DNA from: Octopus vulgaris | Lineage: Eukaryota | Length of the DNA stretch: 64,000 nt | NCBI GenBank assembly: GCA_951406725.2 | Contig: OX597814.1 | Coordinates: 174,530,001-174,594,000 of the forward strand | Reading direction: 5' to 3' | Shown here: piece after piece, positions 1-13,338 of the stretch | Layout: every line of letters begins with the position of its first letter | Numbering within the stretch: position 1 is the first letter of the stretch | Notes under the pieces: model-generated | The model's input: the letters and a program-made list of their open reading frames with translations, nothing else | Databases searched by the model: none | What the model was told of the DNA's origin: nothing | Made by a program: the position numbers and the translations under genes

Positions 1-11
1 GTATGTATACA

Positions 12-955
12 TCTTAATAATACTAAAACTTTAGATGTTTGTTTGTTCCCAAAATATCTCAGAAATAGTATATTTTATCTTCATTCTTTTTACATATATA
101 TTTTCATACTTACTTTATGCAGTGCAGTTTGAGGTTTTATTATATTTAGACCTCTATTTATTAATTAAAATGATTGGACACAGTTTTTGTTTATTTCTTT
201 CTTGACGAAAAACAAACATGGCTTCTGTGACGTCAACACATGTACACACATACAGAATAAACATGCATATAATGAATGTCATGGCATGTGAATCAGCACA
301 AACTCACGTATGCTATCTGTGACATATACACACACATAGTCCTTGCGCTCTCTCTCTCTCTATCACTCTCGAAGAATAAAAGAAGTCGACTTTTTGACGT
401 ACATACACACACTGACATAGAGAAACATCTTTTTTTGCAGATATTACCTATTGTTTCATAATATCAGATTTTATTCTATTTCATTCATTTGACATTTGTA
501 ATCTCTGTTATTTTGATTTAATTTTCTTAATAGAACATTACATACAAAAATGAATTCCTTCAAATTTATTTCATGGACCCTCAAGACAGCATTGAGTTGA
601 GAATGGGGATACTCAGGCATCATGGAATTCAATGTGAGATTGTTGAATTATTGGAGACTATATTAAGACAAAGAAACCCATATGTTGCATTATTTTGATT
701 AGCTAAAGAATTGCTTAAAGACATGCCAGAGGCTTCCATTGTTATTGATCCTGATAAGTAGAGTGTATACTGTTTCATCTCGAAGTGGTGACCTCTACTA
801 TTTGAGGATGCTTCTTCATTACATAAAGGGGCTAGTATCCTTTGATTCATTGAAGACTCATGAAGGAGATATGCTTCTGTAATTCAAAGATGCTTGCAGG
901 GGGGATTACTGCAAGATGACAATCATTGGAAGAAAACTATGGAAGATGCTGAGAG
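12..955 (+). mobile_element. Internally deleted, degenerate Helitron (5' end plus RepHel remnants)
   Basis: A|TC 5' terminus (TCTTAATAATACTAAA) at 12. Hand translation of ~632-950 gives EIVELLETILRQRNPYVALF..AKELL..IVIDPDK and RVYTVSSRSGDLYYLRMLLHYIKGLVSFDSLKT..FKDAC..GLLQDDNHWKKTMEDA. These match the Helitron RepHel motifs NPY and YYLRxLL..G.TSFEDLRT..C..GLLxDD..W. Stops and frameshifts are present. Confidence 0.8.
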
Positions 956-1545
956 AACAGGGTGTGAGGAATACATAGCTTTAAGGAGGGAGGGTGATTG
1001 TGAAGTTGGCAGTTGTTCATGCAGCATTTCTGCTGTCCATCACACACACACACACGCATTCATATGTAAAGCTGATAAAACACCGAATGGAAGCAAGGAA
1101 AGTAGAGGGTTTAATAAATTAATATGCAGTGGTAGGGGGGGGGGGTAAGTTTATATAAGCTGTCATTCAGATCATCAACCCACCACCACCCTCTCTGTTC
1201 TTTCTCTCACTCTCTCCTTCTCTACGATTTGCTGGAAATAACAGCCAAATCTTTCTCAATGTCACATGCTAACATTATAGAAATGAGGACACATTGGATA
1301 AGATGGAAAAGAATACATATGCACACACGTGTACATATTCCCTATAAAAGAACTTTGTTTTTCTCCCTCACCTTTCTTATCTTTTATACTTTTCTCCCAC
1401 CTCTCTCTCTCTTTCATGACCCAATGACCCGGAAGTTGTTGCTCTTCCATTACTTTCACAAATAGCAGTAACTTTCTTTAGCTGAGTACACACCATTGAT
1501 TGGTTAAAATTAACCTAAATACGACAACTTTAACATGAAATAACT

Positions 1546-1775
1546 TCATCATCATCATTTAACGTCCGCTTTCCATGCTAGCATGGGTTGGACGGTTCAA
1601 CTGGGGTCTGGGGAGCCCGAAGGCTGCACCAGGCCAGTCAGATCTGGCAGTGTTTCTACAGCTGGATGCCCTTCCTAACGCCAACCACTCCGAGAGTGTA
1701 GTGGGTGATTTTTATGTGCCACCGACACAGGTGCCAGACGAGGCTGGCGAACGGCCACGCTCGGATGGTGTTTTT
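1546..1775 (-). mobile_element. SINE-like repeat family C with RTE-type 3' end and (GAT)n tail
   Basis: catcatcat..aacgtccgctttccatgctagcatgggttggacgg, near-identical to copies at 16260, 38155 and 48779. Confidence 0.75.
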
Positions 1776-2010
1776 TTAAAATATAAAATTTTGTCAAAAA
1801 CGTTAAGAGTAAACCATGCTCCATGTAACACATTCAACCAGTATCCGAAGTCTCAAACTGTTTGGTTAAAAAAAAAAAAATTAAGAAATCTGTGATTGAG
1901 ATTGAGGATCTTTTTGAAAAGATCCGAGATTGAAAAGGTCCGAAGCTGGTTATATACTTACCTTTTGTACTTTTTCTATAACATCTTTTGTAGAAAACAC
2001 AGTCCTGTCT

Positions 2011-3481
2011 GTGTGGCAAGAAGCTTGTTTCTTAGTTATATGGTTCTGAGTTAAGCACCACTACGTGACAATAAACGGCTCCTTCTATAGTTCTCTATGT
2101 GTGTGTGTGTGTGTGTAACAGGAGTAGTGAGGTGAATAAGGGGAGGTAGTAGGTTAGCAATGGAGGGAGAGAGGGGAGCTGGATGAAGAGCGTTCGGCTG
2201 GAGGACAGGAGACAGTGGCAGTAGGCTGGCTATTACGGGAGTTGTGGGGTTAATAAAGGGATGAGCAGGACTAATACCAGCTGAATCTGACGGTGGAAGG
2301 GATTGGGGGAGAGATAGGGAGTTATTCTCCCTAGAATGTGATGGAAGAGGTGGGGAGCGAGAAGACAAAGGCTGGAAGTGGGTGATGAAATCATTTAACC
2401 ATCCTGGTCTCCTGGTTACTCGTCGCATGGCTCAAAACTTTTTAATTAATTTTACTTTGTTTTTCCTCCCCTTCAACAGACTGCCAATGCAAAGTCCAGT
2501 CAGGCCCTCGTGTAGTAGAAGTGCGATAATAGAAAAATGAGGGGCATTAAAACATCGAAGAGGAAAAAATGAAACTGAAGAATTTAAGGTGTACCAAAAT
2601 TAAACAGCAGAAAAAGTAAATAAATAAATAAACACACACAAGAAAGAACAGAAGAACATTATAAAAATTTTTTTTTAAATAAGGGAAAATGGTAGGAGGA
2701 AGGAAAAGGAATAAAAAGTAATTTTTCAGAGTAACACCCGCACAAGTTTCACTAAGAAAAAAAATTGGATTTTTGCATGGAATCAAGTACCCTGACCTCC
2801 TAATACGCTGCAAATCCCAAATTTTGGTTTGGAAAAAGGGAGGGGTGCGAAGGGGGGACCCCACCCCCTGGTCCTGGATTCATTAGAAACTTTTTTTTTT
2901 TTTTCGTTGAATGAATTCCTGTGACATCCTAATATGCTACAAAACCCAATTTGGGGTCCAAAAAACAGAGTTGAAGCCTCGGAAATTTCACCCACTCCCA
3001 TTGATCTCTTTAGGGTTAGGGAAATCCGTCCCATATTCATTGGAATTTTTTTTTTTTTTTTTTTGTGAAAATCGTGCTGGTGAAAAGATCAATGGGGGTA
3101 GGGTGGGTGAAATTTCTGAGGCTTCCACCTCACCGCACTCCGTTGAATCCGGGACCGCCCCATCTTTTTCCCGAACCAAAATAAGGGATTTGCAGCATAT
3201 TAGGAGGTCAGGGTACTTGATTCCACGCAAAAAATCTGAGTTTTTTTTTCTTTGGTGAAACTCGTGCGGGTGTTACTCTCGGTGTATATGTGTTTGTCCC
3301 CACCACTACCATCACTTGATAACCGATGCTGGTGTGTTTACGTCCCCCGTAACTTAGCGGTTCGTCAAAACAGACCGATAGAATAAGTACTAGGCTTACA
3401 AAGAATAAGTCCTGGGGTCTATTTGTTCGACTGAAGGCGGTGCTCTAGCATGGCCGCAATCCAATGACTGAAACAAATAAA
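2011..3481 (+). mobile_element. SINE family A copy split by nested insertions
   Basis: Degenerate head at ~2011-2065 and core/tail at 3281-3481 (gataaccgatgctggtg...gactgaaacaaataa), separated by other repeats. Confidence 0.55.
2728..3279. mobile_element. MITE with ~100-bp terminal inverted repeats and internal TTAGGGTTAGGG
   Basis: agagtaacacccgcacaagtttcac...caagtaccctgacctcctaata is mirrored by tattaggaggtcagggtacttg...gtgaaactcgtgcgggtgttactct. TTAGGG x2 at 3010-3021. Confidence 0.8.
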
Positions 3482-4690
3482 ATATATATATGCACACACA
3501 AATATATATAGAAAACAGTTATTTTATTCGACACGCAGGGCAGGCCTTAAGCCAATTGAACCGATTGCTCACAATCGGGCCCCGGGCCCAAGGGGGCCCA
3601 GCGCTCAAGGAGACCACATCCTGTACTGCAACATTTCATGAAGGTGGTCTCCCTGAAGTTTAAAAAACCCCACATAAAATGCTCTTTAAAAAATCTTTTT
3701 ACACTTTAGCAAAACAAGATACCAAAAGAACGCATTCATCCAAAATTATTCCGGTTAGCCTTGCTTAGTATTCTTAGTAATTGTATGTATGCATGTGTGT
3801 ATGTGAATATTTGGAATATTAAGGATTTGGTTGGATAAAATGTGTTTGTGACAGTATGCATGTAGTTGTTTAAATATATGGTGAATTGTATTTATATATG
3901 TGTGCGTATGTTTGTGTGTGTGTGAGAGTTACTGTAAATATACTTTGTATACGTTAAATTTTGGGGAGACTTTTTTTTTATTTCAATAAAGTGTGTTAAT
4001 GTCCACCCGATTTCTCCTAGCCGTTGTGTCATTTTAACTGTTATGCATCCTACTTTCATGCATGCACACTAGATTTTAAAAGCCTACAAAATAATATTCA
4101 TTGCACAATATAACTGTTATTGACGAAAATAGACCAATATTTCTCAAAATTTCACTTTAATTCAACTATCTATCAAGGACGCTTGGAAGCCCAAAATAGT
4201 GGTGGGTAGCCGGTAATACTTGAATGTCGAAAACATCACGCACTCCAAATGACTCAAACTTGGAAAATCAGCGACAAAAAAAAAAAAAACCTTTGATTTG
4301 AATTTTTCAATGGAAAAAAAACTTTTTTGCACAGTATGTAATAACTGAGACGACTGAACATCAATATTCATTCGGGATTTGTGGAAGGCTCGTTGTTCGA
4401 AGGTGTACTTGATCTTCACTATATTGCGCGGCGTCCAACCATTCTGTAAGATGTCTGTCGAGCGTGAATAGTTATTACGACGGTGCGTACGAGGTCGTCA
4501 GTTGTTGTGATGGTTCAGGGTCACCGGTTTTTGTTCGAAGATCCAAGATCTCCCTTGGTTTTACTAAAGCGTGCTGTAAGTACAAGCACAAGTCACATAC
4601 GCATTCCCATCTCTACACATACACGCTCCCTGTTTATACAAGTCACTCACAAACTAAACAAACACCGATCACACAATATTTATATTTCTT

Positions 4691-4858
4691 GGCGATCCTT
4701 CGGTATAGGTAACGTAAGTACTGAAAGTGGCTTTGTTTACATTTCTGAAGATAACAGAAACCCTTTCCCCCCCCTAACCCTAACCCCCCATATATATATA
4801 TATATATATATAAAACACTTTCTTGAAATGTATCCGGTACCTATACCGAAGTTACTCC
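4691..4858. mobile_element. Small MITE, GG..CC termini, 8-bp TSD (Merlin/Mutator-like), internal CCCTAA repeats
   Basis: TIR core cttcggtataggta / tacctataccgaag. TATTTCTT duplicated at 4683-4690 and 4859-4866. CCCTAACCCTAACCC at 4772-4786. Confidence 0.75.
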
Positions 4859-7231
4859 TATTTCTTAAATTAAATTGATGATGAAGATTATTCTCCGTTG
4901 CTACCCTCGATCTTTTGCAAAAAGCCGCAATGGTTAGCTTACATCCCAAGGCGAGAGCCGCAAGCACGGCAGTTGGAGTGAAAGTAAGAAGCAGTTTAAA
5001 AAAGGGTCAATTTGAAATTTTTGTGGCAGGGCATTGAAGAGCTGTGGGCTTTTGAACCCTAGACTATTGTAGTACATTGGTATAACACTTGATGTTGAAA
5101 TTAGGTACTAAGCCCTTCTAGGATTTTCCATTTGTATATTATTGCATATCTCTCATGTCTTTGCCCCAGGGAGAAAAGCTGGTTTTCTCAGCCTATCCCT
5201 GTAGCTCATCCACTGCACTGTTCAATCTTTTTAGTGTAGTGGTGTTGGATTGCTTCAAACTCCACTGTCATTTTGGCGCGGCTGAGAACATAGGTTCTCC
5301 ACAGGGTCAACATAGTTTCTTGGTCTCTTGTCTTGAAGGACCTCAATATCCATTCTGCCAGTTGTCTGCATCCAACCCATTCTTACTTTGGATGTAAGTG
5401 AAACCAAGCCCCAGTGATGGGTTGCAGAAAGTTTACTGCTTTTCACATACCAGAATCTCGCCTTCCCTCATTGTATGTGTACTACTAAAAAACAGGAAAT
5501 TATCTCTTGCGCCAAAAAACTGTAATTTGAGTTAATCTGGGGAAAAAATTTGGGAAGGAGGGCAAAAAAAATACCTTCTTTAATAGTGTTTGTTTTATAA
5601 TTTATAATGTTTAAATTATACACATCCGAAATTGAATCCTTGGCGCTCTAGATACAAGGAACACCATACAGGCACACGCGCACACACGTATACTCGCGCG
5701 CGTGGACATACACTTATATACATAAATATATACACACCAATACATTACTTGAGATCTTTTCACTTTGTAATAAAAGCTGTGTTAAAGAATTATTTTTTCC
5801 TTCATTCGTATGTGTGTGTATTTATATATATATATATATATATATGTATATAATGAGGCGTTAATAAGATAAACTAATTTGATGATCCATTTACTATCCA
5901 GCACAAATACTTGTAGCGACTGTTTCGTGACCAGTGTTTTATTTACTACTAAAATAAAAACTTACGAGTTTCTGTTGCTACTGCTGCTATTATTATTGGT
6001 TGACATTTAGATATTTGTCGTCTTTGTCCAGCGTTGGTAGTTTTAAGTCTTTAAAAGCATATTTCATTTTCATATTTCATTTTCAACCACTACCACTACC
6101 ACAATTATTACAATAAAAACAATTTCACTAACCACTACCATCTAATGTCCGAGTAAATACCACTGCTGTGAGACTTATTGTTTACTTATGAGAGAGAAAA
6201 CCTAAAGCATAAAAGGCACAAGACTAATAAAAGAAAAAAAAAAAAAAAAGGAAATCATATTCTAAATACGGTATTTAAAAACAAATACAGGAATAGAAGA
6301 AGGAACTTTTTATCTTTTATTATGTTGAAAACTTCATAGGATGAAAAAAACAGAACACTAAAACAATATTTTCAGCAGTTTCTTGACTTTCCATTTTGCA
6401 AGTAATATTTATAAATAATATTACATATGCAACTCATTGATTCTTCCATCGGATCTGTTTATCGTTTCCATTTTAAATATTTTACTATCAAATAAGATAT
6501 AGTACCTTAAACTATGACTTCGAGTCCCAGGACAGGTAAGAATCAATTGTTGTTTACAAAACTTTTATTTACTAAGTTTTTCTTTCTTTACCACACTGTC
6601 TACTTCACACGCTTTTCTCTCTGTATCTCTTTGCTTTATATTTTCTGTGTATCGGTCTCTGCATTTCTCGTTTACACATACATTCTCTTCTCGCTCGCTC
6701 GTTCATTCTTATTACAATCTTTTGCCGAGTCTTTCAATTCTCTCTCTCTCTCTTTCTTTGCCCCCCCCCCATCTCTCTCTCTCTCACACACACACGCACA
6801 CTGTGAAAAACACTTGTTGCACTTCGTTAACGAAACGTGGCCTGTTTTATCTGTAACTATGTTTTGATGTGGGTATCCGTTATCGTTGTTTGCTTTATTC
6901 TTGACGGATGGGATGTGGGGGTTAACAACTGTGTCTTCTTTTTGTTGCGTTTTTATTGATTGTGACTCCGATCGACCCAGTTCGAGCAGACCTAAAGAGT
7001 TGGTTACTGTGATTGTAGTTGGTATGCAGCGCCAGGTATGCCCTCAAGGACCTATAATCAAAGGCATATTAGCAATGGCCATCCGAACATGTATCCCCAA
7101 CTACGATATTCATTTTTTAAACCGTAGTGTAATTTCAAAATCCGGCTGTTATTTTTAGCAGGTCGAGCGACCACGTAGAAGTATATTGACTCGTAGCTGT
7201 TTATCTTTAACTAGAACACTAAAACATTATT

Positions 7232-7368
7232 CTGTTATGTCTGGGGAGAGTCATCATCTTTTTGTGCCTTATAATATAACACATTTACCGGTAAAATTCC
7301 ACTTTTTTCTTATTTTTATTTTCCTAAAATAAAAATAAAGAATCTTACAAACCAAATCCAAAAACGAA
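7232..7368. mobile_element. Short Penelope-like insertion (same family as 45590-45860)
   Basis: 14-bp TSD ACTAAAACATTATT (7218-7231, 7369-7382). Sequence shared with the 45590 element in rearranged/inverted order. Confidence 0.6.
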
Positions 7369-8137
7369 ACTAAAACATTATTTTCAGCTGTTTATTGACT
7401 TTATTCTTCTGCAAGAAAGTTATGTATATGTAACTTTTTGGTAAAAGGTATTCCAACTATCATCTATGTGCTGAGAACCCAAGATACTGTTATCCATTAT
7501 CCAACGTGTCTTTTAAGACGGCATATGTGATTTGAAGAAGCTATGATTGTTATTTCTGGCGAGTCAAGCCGTCAAGTAGAGATCTCCCTTCCTCTTTGGC
7601 TCGTGGTTATTGTTGTATATTATATTTGCGTTGTGTGTGTAGTAGTTGTTGTTTAGTCCCGCCAGCTCTTAGTCAGCAGAACTTATAGGCGAGTAGATAA
7701 TCAATCGGTCGATAAAGTGCAATTCCCTGAACAATTTTCATACTACGTCTCTACCTCAACTAGGTAGAGGCGTAGTGTCAGATTGTTCACACCACACAGC
7801 ATGTTACCTGTACTCCACTGTCCAATTTTTATTAAATACTTTTGTATGTTTATACATTATTGTGTCTACCGCAGTCTTTAGTTGGCAAGTGGATTCAGTC
7901 AGAGCGTGACATTCATTGTCCCAGTACAGGGTTTCGGTCTAATGAACTGATGCTATTTTCATGTGCATGTTTTTTTTTTATCCTCTGAACTAAACGTACG
8001 CGCGGGTTATGAGGGAGACAGTGTTCTGTTGTATTGGGAATGTCGTAGTTAGGCCCTAATATACATATAAACAAAGGCGATCCAGCAGTGACCATTTTTT
8101 TTGTTTTGTTTTATCATAATTTTATATATATAAATCA

Positions 8138-8298
8138 CAGAAGTTACTGTGTGGTAAGTAGCTTGTTTACCAACCACATGGTTCCGGATTCAGTCCCACT
8201 GCGTGGCACCTTGGGCAAGTGTCTTCTACTATCGCCTCGGGCCGACCAAAGCCTTGTGAGTGGATTTGGTAGACGGAAACTGAAAGAAGCCCGTCGTA

Positions 8299-8345
<47 letters not shown>

Positions 8346-8549
8346 GCGTGTGTGTCTGTGTTTGTCCACCTAGCATTGCTTGACAACCGATGCTGGTGTG
8401 TTTATGTCTCCGTAACTTAGCGGTTCGGTAAAAGAGACCGATAGAATAAGTACTGGGCTTACAAAAAAAGAATAAGTCCCGGGGTCGAGTTGCTCGATTA
8501 AAGGCAGTGCTCTAGCATGGCCGCAGTCAAATGACTGAAACAAGTAAGA

Positions 8550-8552
<3 letters not shown>
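8138..8552 (+). mobile_element. tRNA-derived SINE family A (central TA microsatellite)
   Basis: Head with A/B-box-like tgtggtaag / ggttccggattcagtccc, central (TA)n, tail cagtcaaatgactgaaacaagtaa. At least 6 copies in the window. Confidence 0.9.
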
Positions 8553-8580
<28 letters not shown>

Positions 8581-8583
<3 letters not shown>

Positions 8584-8835
8584 CTCTAAAAGAGATATAG
8601 ACAGTAACTGCTCGATAACATAAGGGACTAAAGCCATCTGAATATGGCTAGGGACAGGGCAGGGTGGTGGGGGTGTTACTGTTGCATTTAGCCCCAGGCG
8701 AACATCGACGTCACCAGAAAGGCCCGACACCGTCACGGTGTCCTTAACCTGCAAAGGGGCAGGTTAAGGACACCGTGACGGTGTCGGGCCTTTCTGTCCC
8801 TAGCCATATTCAGATGGCTTTAGTCCCTTATGTTA
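8581..8835. mobile_element. Fold-back (palindromic) insertion, probably Penelope-like; related to 31598-31820
   Basis: ataacataagggactaaagccatctgaatatggctagggacag and cagaaaggcccgacaccgtcacggtgtccttaacctgc are both mirrored. Inserted in a TA tract. Confidence 0.65.
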
Positions 8836-9924
8836 TATATATATGTATATGTGTGTGTGTGTATCTGAGATTGTCTTATATAATGTTTAAGATGATAATG
8901 TGTAATTTCGAAAAATTTACCTGCTGTTTCTAACAGACCAAGCGACCACTTAGGGCCCTCTCGGCTCCTTGAGAGGTTGATTACCGATTTTTTTTTCTCT
9001 CCTTTAGGATGAGTATTGTTTCTCAGTCTTAATATATTCATAAAATTGTTGGATCGTTGTTTACCCTGACCTTCTCGTGTATAGTGGTGCACCCAGGACT
9101 ATTTAATGTAAACTATCGCTTCCTATTTTCGACGATTGGGGTATTTTTTGAGGTTTTTTTTGAGGACTTTCTTTTGTTATCTATAAGCAGGTCGAGTCAT
9201 TTCGTTGGTTACTATGTTGCATGGACTTGTTATTGATAGTGTTTTGTTGTTGCAGTAGTTAGTGGTTTATACCCTGATCAACCCTGTTCGTTTTTATTTA
9301 TTTATTTTTTTTTGTGTGAATATGTAGGGCTACATTATCTTGTGTTTCCAACAAGATTTTTCCGAAACCTTAGGGTTCTGCGAGAAATAGTGATAAACGG
9401 ATTACTTATTTACATTTTTGAATCAATATCGTTTTATCTGTATCATACACGCACGGAATATGTTGATATCTGTTGGCAATAACTAGACCCGATGAGGGAA
9501 TTGACTTCTTAACGAGGAATTTAGACGAAAAAATATTTTAAGACAAAATATAAAACTTTTGTAACTGCTAAACATTTCAGTTTTTGGGCTAATCGCTTAC
9601 GAAATTTAACATTAATGGGGTGGGGGAGATTAATAGAGCTGTTTCTATGCAGGGCATTCCACATGACATTTCATGTCGCAGGACACTCCTTACATAAAAG
9701 CGTTCCCAAGAATAAAAAAAAATTAGACACTGATTTGTGTCCGTTTCTAAATTGTAAGTTTGAGAGATTTCATTGCTATTTCTAGCATTGGCTTCTGCTT
9801 TTGACAATTGCTGTTTTTTAGTAACTATTTTCTTACTGAAAAAATATTGTTTTTACGTTTATGAATTTGTGTTGCAAGATACCTGATGTGAAACCGTGTG
9901 TTGAAACAACATAACTAGATTTCT

Positions 9925-11650
9925 GCCCTCCCCGCCGACTTTGGATGATCATAACTTTGAGAAAAAAAGGATATTTTTTAATGAAATCTTCTACGAATAT
10001 GTGTTATATCACGTAGATTCCGAATATACAAAACTGGGGGGGGGGGGGGAGGACAAGACTTCCTTTTGTACCACCTAAAACACCCCTTAAAAAAATTTTT
10101 TTTCTACACAGATCCCCGTTTTCGGCTACGGAGAATACGAATCGCCAAAAACATTGGCAAAAATCGGCTTTTTGAAATTACCCCTCCTCCCTCTTACTTC
10201 TTCATTTTAAATTTTTTTCATAATTTTATTGGGGGGAGGGGGATCTTTTCGGTTTGACCGGCAGTTTTTTAAAATAATTTCCACGTAACTAAACACTTTT
10301 AAACTTCGTATACTGATAGAATGTGTTTATAAAACATCTTTTTCTCTTGGCTTTATTGAGAAAATTCTATAGTTTGTAAGATGTTTGCTGTTTTTTTTCT
10401 TCAATTTCTGCAATTTCAACCAATCAATGATGTCTATTGAGGTGAAAACATTCTGTGCCGTATGAATATGTCCCTCGTTTAAGAAACAGATTGGGTTTAT
10501 TTACATTTGTGAAGAAAAAAAGATACCCTTCCCCCACCCCTAACCCTAACCCTAAAATAAAATGAAATGCAATAGATCGATACTAGGGTCATAATTATGG
10601 GTGACAATTTCGTATGACAACGCTAGAAAAAACTGCCGTTCAAACCGAAAAGATCCTTTTTTTTTTTTTTCAAAATATGCGAAAAAATACGGAGATTATG
10701 ATTCTGAAAAAATAATTTCCAAAAATTTTTCAGAATTTTTTTGTTTTTTTGTTTTTTTTTTTAAATATGCGGAAAAGTACGGAGATTATGATTGTGAAAA
10801 AAAATTGTACTCACGGTTAAGGTTAGGAAAAATAGTGAAAAATAAAGAAATTGGGGAGAAGGTGGAGGGGGGGGGGCGAATTTTCAAAATGCCGATGTTT
10901 GGCAACTTTCCAGAATCTCCGTATCCGAAAACGGGGGTTTTTGGCAAAAAAAAAAAAAAATGGGGAGAAAATGGTGGGGAAGAAGTCTTTCCAGAAAGTG
11001 TTTTAGGAGGGGCTGGGGTGGGGAATTTCGGAAAATTCACCGGAGTCCAATTCGTCTTTTAAGAAAATGGATATTTTTAAATGAAATTCTCTACAAATAT
11101 ACCTCGGACTGTGTAGATTCCGAGGACAGGAATTTTGAAGAAAAATAATTAGGGGCTATTTTTGAGAACTGTTCCTCACTAGCGGGTGTTTTTGAACAAG
11201 TCCATATTTGTTTCATTTTCTCCGTTTCGTACGCTTGTGCATCCGTAGATTTCTACTGAAGCGACAAACAGTTAATGAAGAAAACTCGTTATGCTAAAAA
11301 TAACAGCTAAAGGTCTGGTACACAGAAATATGTTATTAAGACGACTTTGCGTTTATTTATGTTTCTGAACAAGATCGTCACTTTCCATAAAAATAAATTT
11401 TTATTTTACATATGTGGGGGATCTTTTGAAGTCAGTGTAAAAGAGAAAGAGAGAGCGACTGGATCAGTGGAGCTATCTTTTGAAGTCGGTGTGAAGCGAA
11501 AGAATTGATGTGTGTGTGTGTTTGATGGGATGTGGTATGTATGTGAAGTTGTTTTGTTAGTGTGTATGTAAAGAGAGAGAGAGAGACAGACAGATAACTG
11601 AAATTTTTTTTATTCACTTTTTGTAGTGAGTGAATGTGTGAGTGATTGAC

Positions 11651-11681
<31 letters not shown>

Positions 11682-11735
11682 ATATGTATGCACGAGTGAA
11701 TGGCTTCAGTGACATGCACACACACACAGGTGTGT
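9925..11735. mobile_element. Non-autonomous repeat with an inverted, internally deleted sister copy at 14190-15070
   Basis: Blocks such as gatcataacttt..ctacgaatatgtgttatatcacgtagatt, cctcggactgtgtagattccgag and gaatggcttcagtgaca recur reverse-complemented in 14190-15070. Confidence 0.6.
10241..10656. mobile_element. MITE with ~30-bp TIR and internal (CCCTAA)3, nested in the previous element
   Basis: ggatcttttcggtttgaccggcagttttt / aaaaactgccgttcaaaccgaaaagatcc. CCCTAA x3 at 10538-10555. Confidence 0.8.
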
Positions 11736-11761
11736 GTATATAAATATATATATATTATATA

Positions 11762-12190
11762 TGAGCAAAACGCCCCTCCCCCGTCCAATGGACGGTGCTG
11801 AGTTGTTAAACATTTAAACCAAATTTTCTCAAAACAACTTGTCTGACAGTCCCATAGGCCTCCCCTTTGAGAAACACTGATTTAACCTAAATTTGAGACA
11901 CCAGCAAAAGAAGAAATAAAAATAGACTTTTTTTCTATTCCAAAGAAAAACGATTTTATTCACACAAATATGCAACCAAAGAGTTTAAAGTACCAGTAAT
12001 GATAAGGCTGTTGACTGGGAGAACGGCTTTATCGATCGCATTCTCACCTGGAATCGATTTTTATAATCTTTTCAAGACTTATACACGCCCTGATACCGTC
12101 GGTATCTACATATCAAATTTGAGCGCAATCGGATGAAGGATGCCCGAGATCCTAGAAGACACACACACAGAACGGATTTTATATAATAGA
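11762..12190 (-). mobile_element. Non-autonomous Helitron
   Basis: Minus-strand 5' end TCTATTATATAAAATCC followed by a TG repeat. Subterminal hairpin ccgtccaatggacgg at 11781-11795. The CTAG end is degenerate. Confidence 0.5.
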
Positions 12191-12208
12191 TATACACACA
12201 CACATCCA

Positions 12209-12240
<32 letters not shown>

Positions 12241-12758
12241 CACATATGTTTATCATTCAACCACAGTAGTGGTTGAATATGTTCTTAAGTTCACCATTTA
12301 GTCAATCGGAGCAGCTTCCAAGCTTCACTACGCATTCAGTTCTCAACTAAATAGCAAATAGAATAACGAGTTTTCTGGTGAGGGTTTCATGAAAAGGAAA
12401 AGATCCGCAAACTGTTAACAGTTTTAAAGAGGACACCTCCTCAGCTACACTTTGGCATAAATAGTTTGATTTGGTTCAGTAGAATAAAAAAAGTTACATC
12501 AAAATATCTGCTACCTCAAAGGCACCTATTCATCTTCAATTAACAAAAACTTTTTAATTTTAAATTAAAAGTATACCTTTCTTAGGCTTAAATGATGGAA
12601 AACTGCATGAGGAATTCAGAATCACTAGTCGCATTGAATAAGATTTAGTAGAAAAATAGTTATAAGGTAAAATGTTACAAAATTTTCTGTCAGTAAGGGA
12701 GTAACGCTTCAGCTATAAGAATAAAGAATATATTTCTAAAATCAATGTTCACTTCCTA

Positions 12759-12862
12759 AGGCGGCGAGCTGGCAGACAGGTTAGCGCGCCTGGTGAAATG
12801 CTCGACTGTATTTCGTCTGTTTTCACGTTTCTGAGTTCAAATTTCGTCGAGGTTGACTTTGA
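12759..12862 (+). mobile_element. SINE family B, head only
   Basis: aggcggcgagctggcaga...ctgagttcaaatt matches the full copies at 15682 and 43697. Confidence 0.75.
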
Positions 12863-13338
12863 CGTATAGATTATTTCATTAATTTTTAACTAAACCCTTT
12901 CAAACTTCCGATACTGGTGAAATGTGTCACATAGAACAGGGTTTACTCTTAACGTTTGGGACAAAATTTTGTATTTTAGAAGTTATTTCGTCAGAGTGAC
13001 AATGGACAAATTCGTGTTTGATAAGTGCCAATACGCGAAACTCAGCTTTTGACTTACTCTCTAACTTCTGCTGATGATATATATACATATATGTGTAAAA
13101 TAAATCTCATCGCGCAATCGAACCAATGAAATAGCCTTTATCTGGGCGCTCGACACGCTAAAAATAGTAGCCAAAGTATCCCCCTACCCAAATAACACGC
13201 CCATTGTATGTAATGTCCTATATTATACCTAAAAAGACGATTTGCTTACATAGAAAAATTGAAATTTCAGTATTTTATAAAGTAAAATCTTCAATTATCA
13301 ATTATCTTATAACGGCAATGCCTGGAAAAATCATGGAT

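Noticed and set aside
2051-2428. 125-aa Pro/Ser-rich ORF starting RRVTRRPGWLNDF
   Set aside because: Resembles an RRSxR..PxWLxDF motif of retroelement proteins but is low complexity with no supporting domain. Unassigned repeat fragment.
5905-5940. Minus-strand GGTCAC-GAAA-CAG-TC, a possible hammerhead 3' half
   Set aside because: No CUGANGA box or stem partner nearby.
8088-8420. Recurrent ORFs ending GLNPEPCGW or containing IYIYIY (also 18755, 33110, 40375)
   Set aside because: Translations of SINE family A and its TA microsatellite, not a gene family.
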